The position numbers and the translations under genes were made by a program. This document shows positions 1-8,725 of a DNA stretch of 48,402 bases, piece by piece. Below the pieces are notes generated by a model, which worked only from the letters and a program-made list of their open reading frames with translations, was not told the origin of the DNA and did no database searches. Where the stretch lies: IMG/VR virus record IMGVR_UViG_3300045988_077050, positions 1-48,402 of that record; one strand, given 5' to 3'. How positions within the stretch are numbered: the first letter of the stretch is position 1; every line of letters starts with the position of its first letter. Origin of the DNA: a virus.

Positions 1-55
1 GTGTTACAACTTGTGAATCGGTTAGAAAAGCAGGGATATCGTGTAAATCTCAATG
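1..55. repeat. 55-bp terminal overlap, identical to 48348..48402; circular-assembly signature, so the contig is a closed 48,347-bp genome
   Basis: Read directly: bases 1-55 (gtgttacaacttgtgaatcggttagaaaagcagggatatcgtgtaaatctcaatg) recur exactly as the last 55 bases. Confidence 0.95.
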
Positions 56-357
56 TGATTTTTGGCACATCAAAAAGAAATCAAGTAATTACAAAAGTTA
101 GAATCAAGAACGCTTCACAGCGTTTAAATGTCAAACAAGTTGCTTTTCCATTGGTTCATCCAAGTATGTTACGAAGAATCATATTAGCTGTATGGGAGCG
201 TAGTAAAGAGTGTTCCTACCGTGGTTTTGAGTTAGGTTATGGACAAGCTATGGGCATAGATATGATAAAACAATATTTAAACAAAAACGAATATTTAATA
301 CCTAATGTTTTGGAAGAACAAGAAATCTGTGATATTGAACAATATAAAATAAATTAA
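1..357 (+). CDS. 3' part of the wrap-around gene (see 47904..48402)
   Basis: Open from base 1 with no start codon. In frame with 47904 across the 55-bp overlap. Confidence 0.7.
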   Translation: MLQLVNRLEKQGYRVNLNVIFGTSKRNQVITKVRIKNASQRLNVKQVAFPLVHPSMLRRIILAVWERSKECSYRGFELGYGQAMGIDMIKQYLNKNEYLIPNVLEEQEICDIEQYKIN

Positions 358-375
358 ATAATTTATAAAATATTA

Positions 376-404
376 TTGACATATATATTTATATATATTA
401 TAAT
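376..404 (+). promoter_or_regulatory. sigma-A type promoter
   Basis: TTGACA 376-381, 17-nt spacer, TATAAT 399-404. Confidence 0.6.
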
Positions 405-450
405 ATATTATAGTTAAAGAGATAAGTTGTATAAGTTAAGGAGAACAGTT

Positions 451-1593
451 ATGAAAACACTAAACATTTTAAAGGTAACAAAAACAGGTTATAACAAAGT
501 AACTATAAAAGTGAAAAAGGATTATGGAATTGTAGATATTAACAGAACAGTTAGAAAGCATACAAAAGAAATTCGAGAGTTACAAACAAAAGGTATTTAT
601 TGTTTTGAGATACAAGGTGTATTGTACTGGTATAGAGTACAAAAAGGAACAAATGAAATGGTTCAGTATAAAGAACCAGAAAACTTTCGTTCCGAAGATA
701 GAACAACAAACGAGTTAAAAAGTCAAGGAAGGAAAAGCAAAGAAGGAAAGGTTATTGACAATTCTATAGAGTTAGAAATACCAAAACAAAAAAAAGAAGA
801 GAAAACAAATGGAGAACAAAAAGAGGATTACAACAAAGAAGTAAAACACAGCAAGTTCGATATGATTAAGGCTTGTATCGAAAATGACATTCCTGTTTAT
901 CTTGCAGGACCAGCAGGAAGTGGAAAGAACTACACATTGGAACAAATCAGTTGGGAACTTGGTTTAGAGTTTTACTTTACAAACAGTGTTCAGCAGGAAT
1001 ACAAATTGACAGGTTTCATTGACGCAGGTGGACAGTACCATGAAACAGAGTTTTACAAAGCATTTAAAAACGGAGGGATTTTCTTCCTTGATGAAATGGA
1101 TGCAAGTATTCCAGAAGTATTGGTTTTACTCAATGCGGCAATCGCAAACAGATACTTCGAGTTCCCAAACGGAAAAATCAAAGCACATAAGAACTTCCGA
1201 GTTGTTGCGGCAGGAAATACAGTTGGAAGTGGTGCAGATGAAATGTACACAGGAAGATTAGTATTAGACCAAGCTACTTTAGACAGATTCGCAATCATTG
1301 ATTTCGGTTACGACAGAAACATTGAAATGCACATTGCAAAAGGAAACAAAGAACTTGTTGACTTTGTGGAAGCAATCAGAACAGAAGCAGAAACAAATGG
1401 GATTCGGGCAACATTCTCCTACAGATGTATCACAATGGTAACAAAGTTAGAAAAGGCAGGACTTGAATTAAAAGACATCTTAGCAATTGCAGTATTCAAG
1501 GGAATGGAAAAGGACACAATTAATAGTTTCCGTTGCTATAACTGTTTTAACAAATACAAAAATGCCATGAATGATTTACAGAGGGTAGCCTAA
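451..1593 (+). CDS. AAA+ ATPase (AAA_5 / MoxR / CobS-like)
   Basis: Walker A GPAGSGKN, Walker B FFLDEMD, and a downstream VVAAGN...R motif typical of MoxR/CobS ATPases. GGAG lies 7 nt before ATG 451. Confidence 0.75.
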   Translation: MKTLNILKVTKTGYNKVTIKVKKDYGIVDINRTVRKHTKEIRELQTKGIYCFEIQGVLYWYRVQKGTNEMVQYKEPENFRSEDRTTNELKSQGRKSKEGKVIDNSIELEIPKQKKEEKTNGEQKEDYNKEVKHSKFDMIKACIENDIPVYLAGPAGSGKNYTLEQISWELGLEFYFTNSVQQEYKLTGFIDAGGQYHETEFYKAFKNGGIFFLDEMDASIPEVLVLLNAAIANRYFEFPNGKIKAHKNFRVVAAGNTVGSGADEMYTGRLVLDQATLDRFAIIDFGYDRNIEMHIAKGNKELVDFVEAIRTEAETNGIRATFSYRCITMVTKLEKAGLELKDILAIAVFKGMEKDTINSFRCYNCFNKYKNAMNDLQRVA

Positions 1594-1612
1594 TATGGCT
1601 ACCTGTTCTGTT
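1584..1612 (+). terminator. Hairpin terminator overlapping the stop codon
   Basis: ggtagcc (1584-90) / ggctacc (1597-1603), followed by a T-rich stretch. Confidence 0.45.
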
Positions 1613-1655
1613 AAATAAAACAAAAACAAATTAAAAAAAAAGTTTCAAAATTATA

Positions 1656-1687
1656 TTGACTTTTGTTCTGTTATAGTGTAATATAAT
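1656..1687 (+). promoter_or_regulatory. sigma-A type promoter
   Basis: TTGACT 1656-61, 17-nt spacer, TAATAT 1679-84 (alternative TATAAT 1682-87). Confidence 0.5.
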
Positions 1688-1724
1688 AGATGTAAGGAAC
1701 AGAAAACAGAGGAGGAAAACATTC

Positions 1725-1955
1725 ATGTATTATACAATAGCAAGTTTAGAAGATATGGCAGGGAATCAAACAATTGATTTTAATAAAAATGGAAATAAGT
1801 ATACAGTTTCAGTGTACAACAAAGAAACAAAAGAAAGTTGTTCAAAAACATATAAAAATTTTGTAGATGCAGAATATGTTTATATGAAGTTTGTAAGGGC
1901 AGTATTAAAGGGTTTATATAGTTTTGAAGAAAGGAAAAAGTTTTTTGATGTATAA
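1725..1955 (+). CDS. hypothetical protein
   Basis: ORF with GGAGG upstream; no motif recognised. Confidence 0.6.
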   Translation: MYYTIASLEDMAGNQTIDFNKNGNKYTVSVYNKETKESCSKTYKNFVDAEYVYMKFVRAVLKGLYSFEERKKFFDV

Positions 1956-2259
1956 GTTTCCTATCTATTGGACGGATAAGTTACAAATAGACTTCCTACA
2001 AAGGGTGATTCTGATACACAGTTTCTTGTACTATGAAGCGGATGACAGTGTATGGACAGATAAACATTTTGACGAAGTAGCGAAGCAATTAGCAGAGATA
2101 CAAAGCAAACACAATGAACAATGGATTGCGAATAAAACACAGTATGGATATGCATTTTACGATTTTGATGGTACAACAGGTTTTCACCTTTGGGGAAGAT
2201 TAAACAATTTAGATAGAACAAAAATATTCGTGATTGCAATGGGATTGAAAAATGAATGA
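1948..2259 (+). CDS. hypothetical protein; weak resemblance to the NAD-ligase Ia N-terminal helix pattern (HSFLYYEADDSVWTDKHFDEVAKQL)
   Basis: ATG 1948 overlaps the upstream stop (ATGTATAA). The motif similarity is by eye only. Confidence 0.55.
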   Translation: MYKFPIYWTDKLQIDFLQRVILIHSFLYYEADDSVWTDKHFDEVAKQLAEIQSKHNEQWIANKTQYGYAFYDFDGTTGFHLWGRLNNLDRTKIFVIAMGLKNE

Positions 2260-2276
2260 AAGGGAGTGATAAACAT

Positions 2277-2471
2277 ATGTCAATAAAACATTGTATGGAT
2301 AACTATTCTTTCAGAGTAAGTGAACAGGAACATCAATTCAGAGACTTATTTGGAAAGGAAGAATTAAAAGAAGCAAGAGCAAGTTATTATTCAGAGCGCA
2401 GAACAGAAACATATTTAGAATATTTAAAAGAAGAAGCAGAAAGGAAATTAAGGGAACAAGATGGAGATTAG
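2277..2471 (+). CDS. hypothetical protein
   Basis: GGGAG lies before ATG 2277. Confidence 0.5.
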   Translation: MSIKHCMDNYSFRVSEQEHQFRDLFGKEELKEARASYYSERRTETYLEYLKEEAERKLREQDGD

Positions 2472-2901
2472 AAAGGAATATAATGTAGAAGAGTTATCAG
2501 AGAAATTGAAAGAGGAAATAGACAATTCTAAGAGATATAACGGAGTTGTAAAATTAGATGTTATAACAACGTTAGAAATCTTAGATGTGCTATTAGAGAC
2601 ACACAGAAGAGAACAGAAGCACCAGACGATAGAAAGTGCTTTGGTATTTGAAAGTGAGATTCCGTGTTGTTTTGGAAAGTATGATACAGATGATAAAGAA
2701 GTTTGTACTTGTGTATTCTGCGAATATGAGTTGGATTGTAAGAAAGAAACGGAAAGGAAAAAAAAGAAAAGACGTCCGGTTTGTTTTAATGTTACTATGA
2801 GTGGTAATTTCGAAGCATGTAAGCATTGTGAATATTATTCAGATTGTGTACATGAAGTGAAAGGACAAAAACAAAGAGAGGGCATAACTATAAATGAATA
2901 A
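2461..2901 (+). CDS. hypothetical Cys-rich protein
   Basis: Several CxxC-like clusters (CCFGKY...CTCVFC...CKHCEYYSDC). Confidence 0.55.
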   Translation: MEIRKEYNVEELSEKLKEEIDNSKRYNGVVKLDVITTLEILDVLLETHRREQKHQTIESALVFESEIPCCFGKYDTDDKEVCTCVFCEYELDCKKETERKKKKRRPVCFNVTMSGNFEACKHCEYYSDCVHEVKGQKQREGITINE

Positions 2902-3472
2902 GCGTTCTACAAAATTTTATCGCAAGAATGAAGCGGAGGTTATGAAAAGGTTAGGATTTGAGCCAACAAAGAATAGCGGTGCAGGATGGGTAGAAAAGTG
3001 TGATGGACAAAACGAATCTTTTATTTGCGAATTAAAATCAACAGACAAAGAAAGTTACACGTTGAAACAAAAGACACTACAAGAGTTAGAATACCATGCT
3101 TGTGTGGCTCATAAATTGCCCGTATTTGCTTTGCAATTCTTAAACCGTGATGAAATATGGGTTGCAGTCAAAGAGGACGAATTTAAGGAATATATGAAGT
3201 TCAAGAAACAGAAACAAATAGAAATACACTTATCACCATTGTTAGAACAGGAAGAAGAAACAATTGATTCTTTTGTTGACAAAGAAGAAAAAGAAAAGTA
3301 TAATGTATATATGCCTAGTAGAAATGTGGGAAAAACATATCTTGCGAGACATGCTTACATGAAACAAAAAGAGCAAGAAAGGGAACATAGCACAAAAGAG
3401 TTTCGAAAAAGGCAAAAAGAATTAGAAAGGAAAAACAGAGAAAGGAGAAAAAAAGTTGGAAAAGAAGTTTAA
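2894..3472 (+). CDS. PD-(D/E)XK nuclease, Hjc/RecU-like Holliday-junction resolvase candidate
   Basis: E...NSGAG...D...ELK spacing typical of archaeal-Hjc-type resolvases; basic C-terminal tail. Confidence 0.5.
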   Translation: MNKRSTKFYRKNEAEVMKRLGFEPTKNSGAGWVEKCDGQNESFICELKSTDKESYTLKQKTLQELEYHACVAHKLPVFALQFLNRDEIWVAVKEDEFKEYMKFKKQKQIEIHLSPLLEQEEETIDSFVDKEEKEKYNVYMPSRNVGKTYLARHAYMKQKEQEREHSTKEFRKRQKELERKNRERRKKVGKEV

Positions 3473-3839
3473 ACAAAAAGGTATTGCGACCTTTGAAGGA
3501 TTGAGTATTGGAAAGAACAGAACCGTTCAAGTAAAGTTTAAGTTGCGCTATGATGAAATTCTGACCAGTGTAGAATTGTTACAGGGTTTAAATAATGACA
3601 TTACAGTTCATGCAAAGACAGCAATAGGTAATCCAATGAGTTTGGGAATCTTTACAATCGGTGCAGTGAATTTTGACAAAGATGGTAATGCAACTATTCC
3701 ATTCAAGTCTTTAGTTGACAATGTGAATCTGGATAACATTTGTTCCTTGGTGGACGAAGAATATATCCAGTTACGATTCCAAGCTATTATTGAATTACCA
3801 GACAATAGCGAAGGAGGTGACGAAGAATGGGAGGATTAA
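3456..3839 (+). CDS. hypothetical protein with an acidic Trp-containing C-terminal tail (GGDEEWED)
   Basis: TTG start after GGAG; tail resembles the tails of 4255, 7114 and 38930. Confidence 0.5.
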   Translation: MEKKFKQKGIATFEGLSIGKNRTVQVKFKLRYDEILTSVELLQGLNNDITVHAKTAIGNPMSLGIFTIGAVNFDKDGNATIPFKSLVDNVNLDNICSLVDEEYIQLRFQAIIELPDNSEGGDEEWED

Positions 3840-4120
3840 ATTTTAAGGAACTTGCAAAAGAAAGAATCAAGAAAAGAAGAAACATTGTTATTTCCGAAGC
3901 GTTTAACAAGTCTGGCAACTTTGTTGGATATTCGATTGCGGAACAGTTTATTGCAGATGAAGAGGGAAAGAAAATGGGTATTTTCTTAAATGGTGGGTTA
4001 GGTATTTTAGACAAACAAGGATTGGCACACCTAAAATTGGCAGTTGACAAAGCTTGTGAAGAAGCAGGAATCACAGAACAAGATTTATGTGACATTGTAG
4101 TGAATGAAACAAAAGAATAA
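3827..4120 (+). CDS. hypothetical protein
   Basis: ORF overlaps the upstream stop; no motif recognised. Confidence 0.55.
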   Translation: MGGLNFKELAKERIKKRRNIVISEAFNKSGNFVGYSIAEQFIADEEGKKMGIFLNGGLGILDKQGLAHLKLAVDKACEEAGITEQDLCDIVVNETKE

Positions 4121-4138
4121 GAAAGTTTTAAAAAAGTG

Positions 4139-4167
4139 TTGACAAGAACAACAAAATGTAGTATAAT
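4139..4167 (+). promoter_or_regulatory. sigma-A type promoter
   Basis: TTGACA 4139-44, 17-nt spacer, TATAAT 4162-67. Confidence 0.7.
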
Positions 4168-4254
4168 AACAGTATCAAAAGAGAATGTTCTCTTAATGAT
4201 AAAGAAAACAAAAAAAAATCAAATCAAACTAAAAAAAGAAAAGGAGAAAACAAA

Positions 4255-4926
4255 ATGGCAAAAAATTGGATGGCGTACGAAGCCGCAGAGGTAATTATGG
4301 GAAACAACGTAGAAGAGATTGCAGAGGTTGGAAGTAGATACCCGTTATTTACAAGAACAGTATCTATGGCAAACAGTGATTATTTACTTGACCTTTTAAA
4401 AGCAATTCCAAAAGTAACAGCAAGAGTCGTTGAAACAGGATTAAAGGACATTAATCTTGATGAGGTAGAAGAGAAAGAAACAGAAGAAACACAGGAAGAA
4501 GCGCCAAAGAAATCACCGAAGAAAGAGACAAAGGCAAAAGCGAAAAAGGAAAAAGAAGAGGACGTAGAAGAGTCGGAGGACGATTATGAAAGTATGACAT
4601 CAAAAGACCTTTATAAGTTATGCTGTGATAGAGGAATCTCTTCTAAGTGTAAGAAACGTGATAAAGCAACATTGATTGCAGTTCTTAGAGAAAATGATGG
4701 TGCAGAACCAGAGACAGAAGAAGATGACAGTTGGGATGATGAAGAGGACGAAAATCCATATGCAGGAAAAACAGCAAGAGAGTTATATAAGATGTGCTGT
4801 GACAGAGGAATAAAGGCTAAAACAAAACAGTCCGCTGACGATTATGTAAAACTTCTGAAAAAGTATGATGAATCAGAAGCAGAAGTTGAAGAGGACGAAG
4901 ATGACGACGACGATTGGGAAATCTAA
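4255..4926 (+). CDS. acidic protein with two HeH/SAP (Rho_N-like) motifs
   Basis: Repeats YESMTSKDLYKLCCDRGISSK and YAGKTARELYKMCCDRGIKAK; K/E-rich linker; tail DEDDDDDWEI. Confidence 0.6.
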   Translation: MAKNWMAYEAAEVIMGNNVEEIAEVGSRYPLFTRTVSMANSDYLLDLLKAIPKVTARVVETGLKDINLDEVEEKETEETQEEAPKKSPKKETKAKAKKEKEEDVEESEDDYESMTSKDLYKLCCDRGISSKCKKRDKATLIAVLRENDGAEPETEEDDSWDDEEDENPYAGKTARELYKMCCDRGIKAKTKQSADDYVKLLKKYDESEAEVEEDEDDDDDWEI

Positions 4927-4961
4927 TCATATAAAAACATTAATATTATATAAAGTGTGAG

Positions 4962-4997
4962 AAAAGGCAGGTAGGTGGAAAGCTTACCTGCCTTTTT
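4962..4997 (+). terminator. rho-independent terminator
   Basis: ggcaggta (4966-73) / tacctgcc (4985-92), then TTTTT; an A-tract upstream suggests bidirectional potential. Confidence 0.8.
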
Positions 4998-5011
4998 AAT
5001 GAGGTAGAACA

Positions 5012-5398
5012 ATGAAAACAGAAAACATATTAGATTTAGATTGTACGAAAACAGAAAACATAAAACAAATAAATCGGTTCTTGTGGAAAATAAAACCGCT
5101 TGTTAAAATCTTAGAAAAGCAAGGATGTGCAAAAACAGAACAAGTACCGTTGGAATTATTAGAACAGACACTACAGGGAATGATGGTACATTATAAATAC
5201 AAAACACAAGGCATTAACCTTTATTTCGAAGAACAGGAAAATAAGGAAGTATTTGTGTTTTACAATGTAAGTGTTTTAAGAATTAGAAAAACAAGGGATT
5301 GGATAGGAAATGTATACGGTAAAACACTCTGGGAAGTTGTTGCAAAGTTATTGATTAAGATTTATGCAGACGTAAAAAAGGAGAAAGAAAAAGTATGA
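5012..5398 (+). CDS. hypothetical protein
   Basis: ORF translationally coupled (ATGA) to the RNase H gene. Confidence 0.55.
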   Translation: MKTENILDLDCTKTENIKQINRFLWKIKPLVKILEKQGCAKTEQVPLELLEQTLQGMMVHYKYKTQGINLYFEEQENKEVFVFYNVSVLRIRKTRDWIGNVYGKTLWEVVAKLLIKIYADVKKEKEKV

Positions 5399-5862
5399 AG
5401 AGTTTAACATTTTATACAGATGGTGCTTGTAGTGGTAATTCTGGTGATGGAGGTTGGGCTTGCATTGAAGTAGCACCATGTAGTTGCGGTCTTAAAACAA
5501 ATATTATGTCTGGGAACAAGAAAAACACAACAAACAACGAAATGGAATTAACAGCGGTTTATATGGCGTTAGTAAAAGCCTATAAGAGTAAAGCAAAAAA
5601 GGTGGCTATATATTGCGATAGTGCGTATGTGGTGAACGCTATAACAAAAGGATGGTTATTGAATTGGTGTAACAATGGATGGGTAACAAAAGAGGGTAAA
5701 CCAGTAAAGAACAAACATATATGGGAAAAGATGTATCGATTGCTATATGAAAAGAAGTTAGATGTTCGTTTAGTAAAAGTACAAGGGCATACAGGTGATG
5801 TATTGAATGAGTTGGCAGACAAGACAGCAGTAAGGGAAAAACAAAAACTTTCGGAGGAGTAA
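5395..5862 (+). CDS. rnhA: ribonuclease HI
   Basis: YTDGACSGN...GGW, NNEMELTAV, CDSAYVVNAI, GHTG..NELADKTA match the RNase HI catalytic DEDD layout. Confidence 0.85.
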   Translation: MKSLTFYTDGACSGNSGDGGWACIEVAPCSCGLKTNIMSGNKKNTTNNEMELTAVYMALVKAYKSKAKKVAIYCDSAYVVNAITKGWLLNWCNNGWVTKEGKPVKNKHIWEKMYRLLYEKKLDVRLVKVQGHTGDVLNELADKTAVREKQKLSEE

Positions 5863-5866
5863 AAAC

Positions 5867-6238
5867 ATGGATATGATAGTCGGTACAAAAATTATAGAAA
5901 AAGAGTTTCAATCGAGGACGACAAAGCAAGCGTATTTGGATTGTTGCAAATGGTTATCTACAAATATCATTGCAGTAAACAATTCAAATCATCTTGTATA
6001 CAGAATGGAAAAAGTGCAGGATGATTGGATAAGTAAAATAAGATTGACAGTGTATGTGATGGCAGAAGAACAGGACATACAGGAAAGGCATTGCAACATC
6101 TGTAAAGAAGTGACAGGCAGTTTCTTTATGAAACAAAACAAATATATGTGCGAGTCCTGCAAAATGAAGCCGTACAGAAACAGAATCAGAGAGAAGTTAA
6201 ATATCATTAAGGAAAGTTTGAAAGGGATAATTTTATGA
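5867..6238 (+). CDS. hypothetical protein with a C-terminal zinc ribbon (CNIC...CESC)
   Basis: Two CxxC pairs. Confidence 0.5.
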   Translation: MDMIVGTKIIEKEFQSRTTKQAYLDCCKWLSTNIIAVNNSNHLVYRMEKVQDDWISKIRLTVYVMAEEQDIQERHCNICKEVTGSFFMKQNKYMCESCKMKPYRNRIREKLNIIKESLKGIIL

Positions 6239-6636
6239 GAAATCGAAACAGTAAAAAGAAATATAACAAAGTACCATTTGCAATGTCTTTGACGTTGCGA
6301 GAAATGCTGAAAGGTTTAAAATATGGAATCATAGAAGAACTTGACAAAATAGCAACCATTATACAAATCGTGATACCAGTTGTGATTCTAAAGGCAACAG
6401 ATAACATCTTTGTAATGTTGGAATTGTCTATCTTATTTACAATATTTGCTAGATATGTAAAGGAAGTTGGATATAAATTAAATAATGTTACAGACAGAGG
6501 TTTTCCGATACCTGTACATAGGTTTACAAAAAGGGACGAGCAAGGTTTCATTGACATACAGGATGATGATGTAGAAGAAGCTCTTTTATATCTATGTGAT
6601 GTCGAGGACTATCTGAAAAGGAAAGGGATGTTATAG
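6235..6636 (+). CDS. hypothetical protein, possibly membrane-associated
   Basis: Central hydrophobic segments (IIQIVIPVVIL, LELSILFTIFA). Confidence 0.5.
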   Translation: MRNRNSKKKYNKVPFAMSLTLREMLKGLKYGIIEELDKIATIIQIVIPVVILKATDNIFVMLELSILFTIFARYVKEVGYKLNNVTDRGFPIPVHRFTKRDEQGFIDIQDDDVEEALLYLCDVEDYLKRKGML

Positions 6637-6637
6637 C

Positions 6638-6798
6638 TTGAAAGTACCGTGTAAGAAGTGTGAAAGGCGTTCTATGGAATGTCATGCAAGTTGTGAAGCA
6701 TATAAGAAATATCAAAAGGAAAATGAAGTAATGAAGAAAAATAAGAAGCATGATACAATCAATCGTTCTACTATTTTTCGTGCAAATCATTATAAATA
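6638..6798 (+). CDS. small Cys-rich protein (53 aa, TTG start)
   Basis: LKVPCKKCERRSMECHASCEAYKKY...; resembles the small ORF at 9531..9686. Confidence 0.35.
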
Positions 6799-6802
6799 AG
6801 TG

Positions 6803-6831
6803 TTGACAAGAAATGCAAAGTATGATACTAT
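6803..6831 (+). promoter_or_regulatory. sigma-A type promoter with extended -10
   Basis: TTGACA 6803-08, 17-nt spacer, TGaTACTAT ending at 6831. Confidence 0.6.
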
Positions 6832-6837
6832 AGAAGA

Positions 6838-7070
6838 AACAAAAGGAGTTGTGCTAGGATTGGTACAAATAAGTGGTAGCCAGTATGAATGGAAATGCCT
6901 GCCGATAAAAAAGAAAAAATACACATTATTATTACAAGCTTAGTTGCGCATTCACCTATCGTGTGCCTACAGGTTTTTTGTTGTTCCATGATTACTCCTC
7001 AAAAGAAAAAAAAAGAAAACAATAATAATGTGTGTTTTATGTAGGGCAAGGAATTTTCCTTGCCTTATTA
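6838..7070 (+). ncRNA. candidate structured non-coding transcript, or a cos/pac region
   Basis: About 230 nt between promoter 6803 and terminator 7045 with no credible ORF. An 18-bp interrupted inverted repeat (6916-6933 / 7021-7038) and several A-tracts. Confidence 0.3.
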
Positions 7071-7075
7071 TATAT
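7045..7075 (+). terminator. hairpin terminator
   Basis: ggcaagga / tccttgcc (7045-7064), followed by a T/A-rich stretch. Confidence 0.55.
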
Positions 7076-7113
7076 AAAAAACAAAATAATAAAACAGGAG
7101 GAAAAACAAGCAT

Positions 7114-7620
7114 ATGGGAAGAAGAAAAGGGAGAGAAGTAAAAGAAGCAAGTAATTTAATTCCGCTTAGTGAGCGGTCAAAGGAAGAAAGACAAAGGATT
7201 GCGAAAATGGGTGTGGAAGCAAGAAGGAAGAAGAAAGAACAGAACATGGCATTACAGAATTGTATGCGTCAGTTATTGGAAATGAAAACAAACAGTGATA
7301 AAAAGAAACAAATATTGCGTTCGTTTGGTTTTACAGATGAGGAATTAACAAACCGCTCCTTATTAATGGTGGCATTGTTTCAAAAAGGTTTGACAGGTGA
7401 TGTGTCTGCAATCAAAGAAATTACAAACATGATGGATAAGTTAGATATGTTCAAGAACACAGGAAAGATTACAAGTAACGTAACAATTAACCTAGTAGCA
7501 ACTGGGGAAAGCTACCAACCGAATGAAGCAGATGAGCAGGAAATCTGGAATGTGGAAAACGAAAGTGATTGGATGAATGAAGAGGATGAGGAGTGGGGCA
7601 ATGATATCTATGAGGGATAG
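7114..7620 (+). CDS. terS: putative terminase small subunit-like protein
   Basis: Basic N-terminus (GRRKG...EARRKKK) and LLMVALFQKGLTGDVSAIKEI, a motif I associate with small-terminase-like proteins of Firmicute phages. Acidic tail EEDEEWGNDIYEG. Confidence 0.4.
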   Translation: MGRRKGREVKEASNLIPLSERSKEERQRIAKMGVEARRKKKEQNMALQNCMRQLLEMKTNSDKKKQILRSFGFTDEELTNRSLLMVALFQKGLTGDVSAIKEITNMMDKLDMFKNTGKITSNVTINLVATGESYQPNEADEQEIWNVENESDWMNEEDEEWGNDIYEG

Positions 7621-7795
7621 CAGTACAAGGCGTTCTGTGATTGAAATGATGAAAGAAAATAGCCAACCCCTAAGAAGTATACACATACAAGATAAAAGTT
7701 GCTTAAAAGGGCAAATACAGAGTTTAAAGCATATCTCCGTTTTGGAGTGGATAGGAAAACACATGGAACAAAAGGAAACTTTTTGCAAAAATTTC

Positions 7796-7824
7796 TTGAC
7801 AAACATAAAAGAACAAAGTATAAT
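7796..7824 (+). promoter_or_regulatory. sigma-A type promoter
   Basis: TTGACA 7796-7801, 17-nt spacer, TATAAT 7819-24. Confidence 0.65.
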
Positions 7825-7839
7825 AGAGGTATAAAAGTA

Positions 7840-8157
7840 ATGAAGAACATAAAACAAGCTTTATTAATAATGGTTATATTAATTTTATTAACAGTTACAG
7901 GTTGTTTATTTGTGAAATATATAGAAGAAAGAATAAACATGCACAATGAAACAGAAGTAGAAGAACCAGTTAAAACAAAAACAGAAGATTTGGTGATTGA
8001 AGTTCCAAAACAAAACAGCACAGGGACAGTCACAATTGTTACTTATGATAAACAAACAGGAGAGGAAATAACCACAGAGGTACACGGAACAATTAAAGTG
8101 TTAAGTAATGGTTATGATGGTGAACAAAAATATCTTGTGTATACAATCACAGAATAG
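7840..8157 (+). CDS. putative secreted lipoprotein
   Basis: Signal peptide ending in the lipobox-like LTVTGC; start chosen downstream of promoter 7796. Confidence 0.55.
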   Translation: MKNIKQALLIMVILILLTVTGCLFVKYIEERINMHNETEVEEPVKTKTEDLVIEVPKQNSTGTVTIVTYDKQTGEEITTEVHGTIKVLSNGYDGEQKYLVYTITE

Positions 8158-8166
8158 AGGTGTAAC

Positions 8167-8580
8167 ATGAGTAGAGCAGAGTTAAGGAGAAAACAAAGGG
8201 AAGAAACAAAGAAAACAAAAACATATACATTGACTGCTTATGAGTTAGAACAAATAGAGCAGAGAATCAGAAAAGAAGAACAACAAAAAGCGAAAAAGCT
8301 AGTAATGGAAAGGGTAAATGATATTGCAGAACAAATACAAACTATGATGCTAGTAATTCCTACAAATGTGTTGATTGCTGATTATTGGGAAAAGTCAGCA
8401 AAGAAGCGAATACCAAAGTTTGTAGAAGATTGCATAAACCTTTATGAAGCATTTCTTAAAGGAACAGTAAAGATGTCAGAAATGGCAAAACTAACCGAAG
8501 ATTATGCAGGAATCAAATTAATCTATGATGAACAAATGTATATGTTTTCCGAAAAGGTGGGAGAACATGGCAAAGAGTAA
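8167..8580 (+). CDS. hypothetical protein
   Basis: ORF; no motif recognised. Confidence 0.55.
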   Translation: MSRAELRRKQREETKKTKTYTLTAYELEQIEQRIRKEEQQKAKKLVMERVNDIAEQIQTMMLVIPTNVLIADYWEKSAKKRIPKFVEDCINLYEAFLKGTVKMSEMAKLTEDYAGIKLIYDEQMYMFSEKVGEHGKE

Positions 8581-8725
8581 AACAAAGTTAAAAAAGAAAA
8601 TAGGGCGTTATGTAAGAGGATATGCAAAAAGAAATAACATGACAGAAGAACAAGCATTAGAACAAGACATTGTACAAAATGTGATTACATGGATAAATTT
8701 AAGGGAACAGGAGAACAAACAATGA
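8567..8725 (+). CDS. hypothetical small basic protein
   Basis: GGTGGGAG lies before ATG 8567. Confidence 0.4.
   Translation: MAKSKTKLKKKIGRYVRGYAKRNNMTEEQALEQDIVQNVITWINLREQENKQ

Noticed and set aside
1-55. Terminal direct repeat as biological DTR or cos ends
   Set aside because: An exact 55-bp overlap that bisects a gene in frame is the expected artefact of a circularised k-mer assembly. The real termini must be mapped from reads.
7577-7839. ORF 7577..7834 and the upstream extension of 7699..8157
   Set aside because: A consensus promoter (7796-7824) sits inside them. The lipoprotein-like reading frame has a proper RBS and ATG at 7840, and the upstream parts show no coding features.
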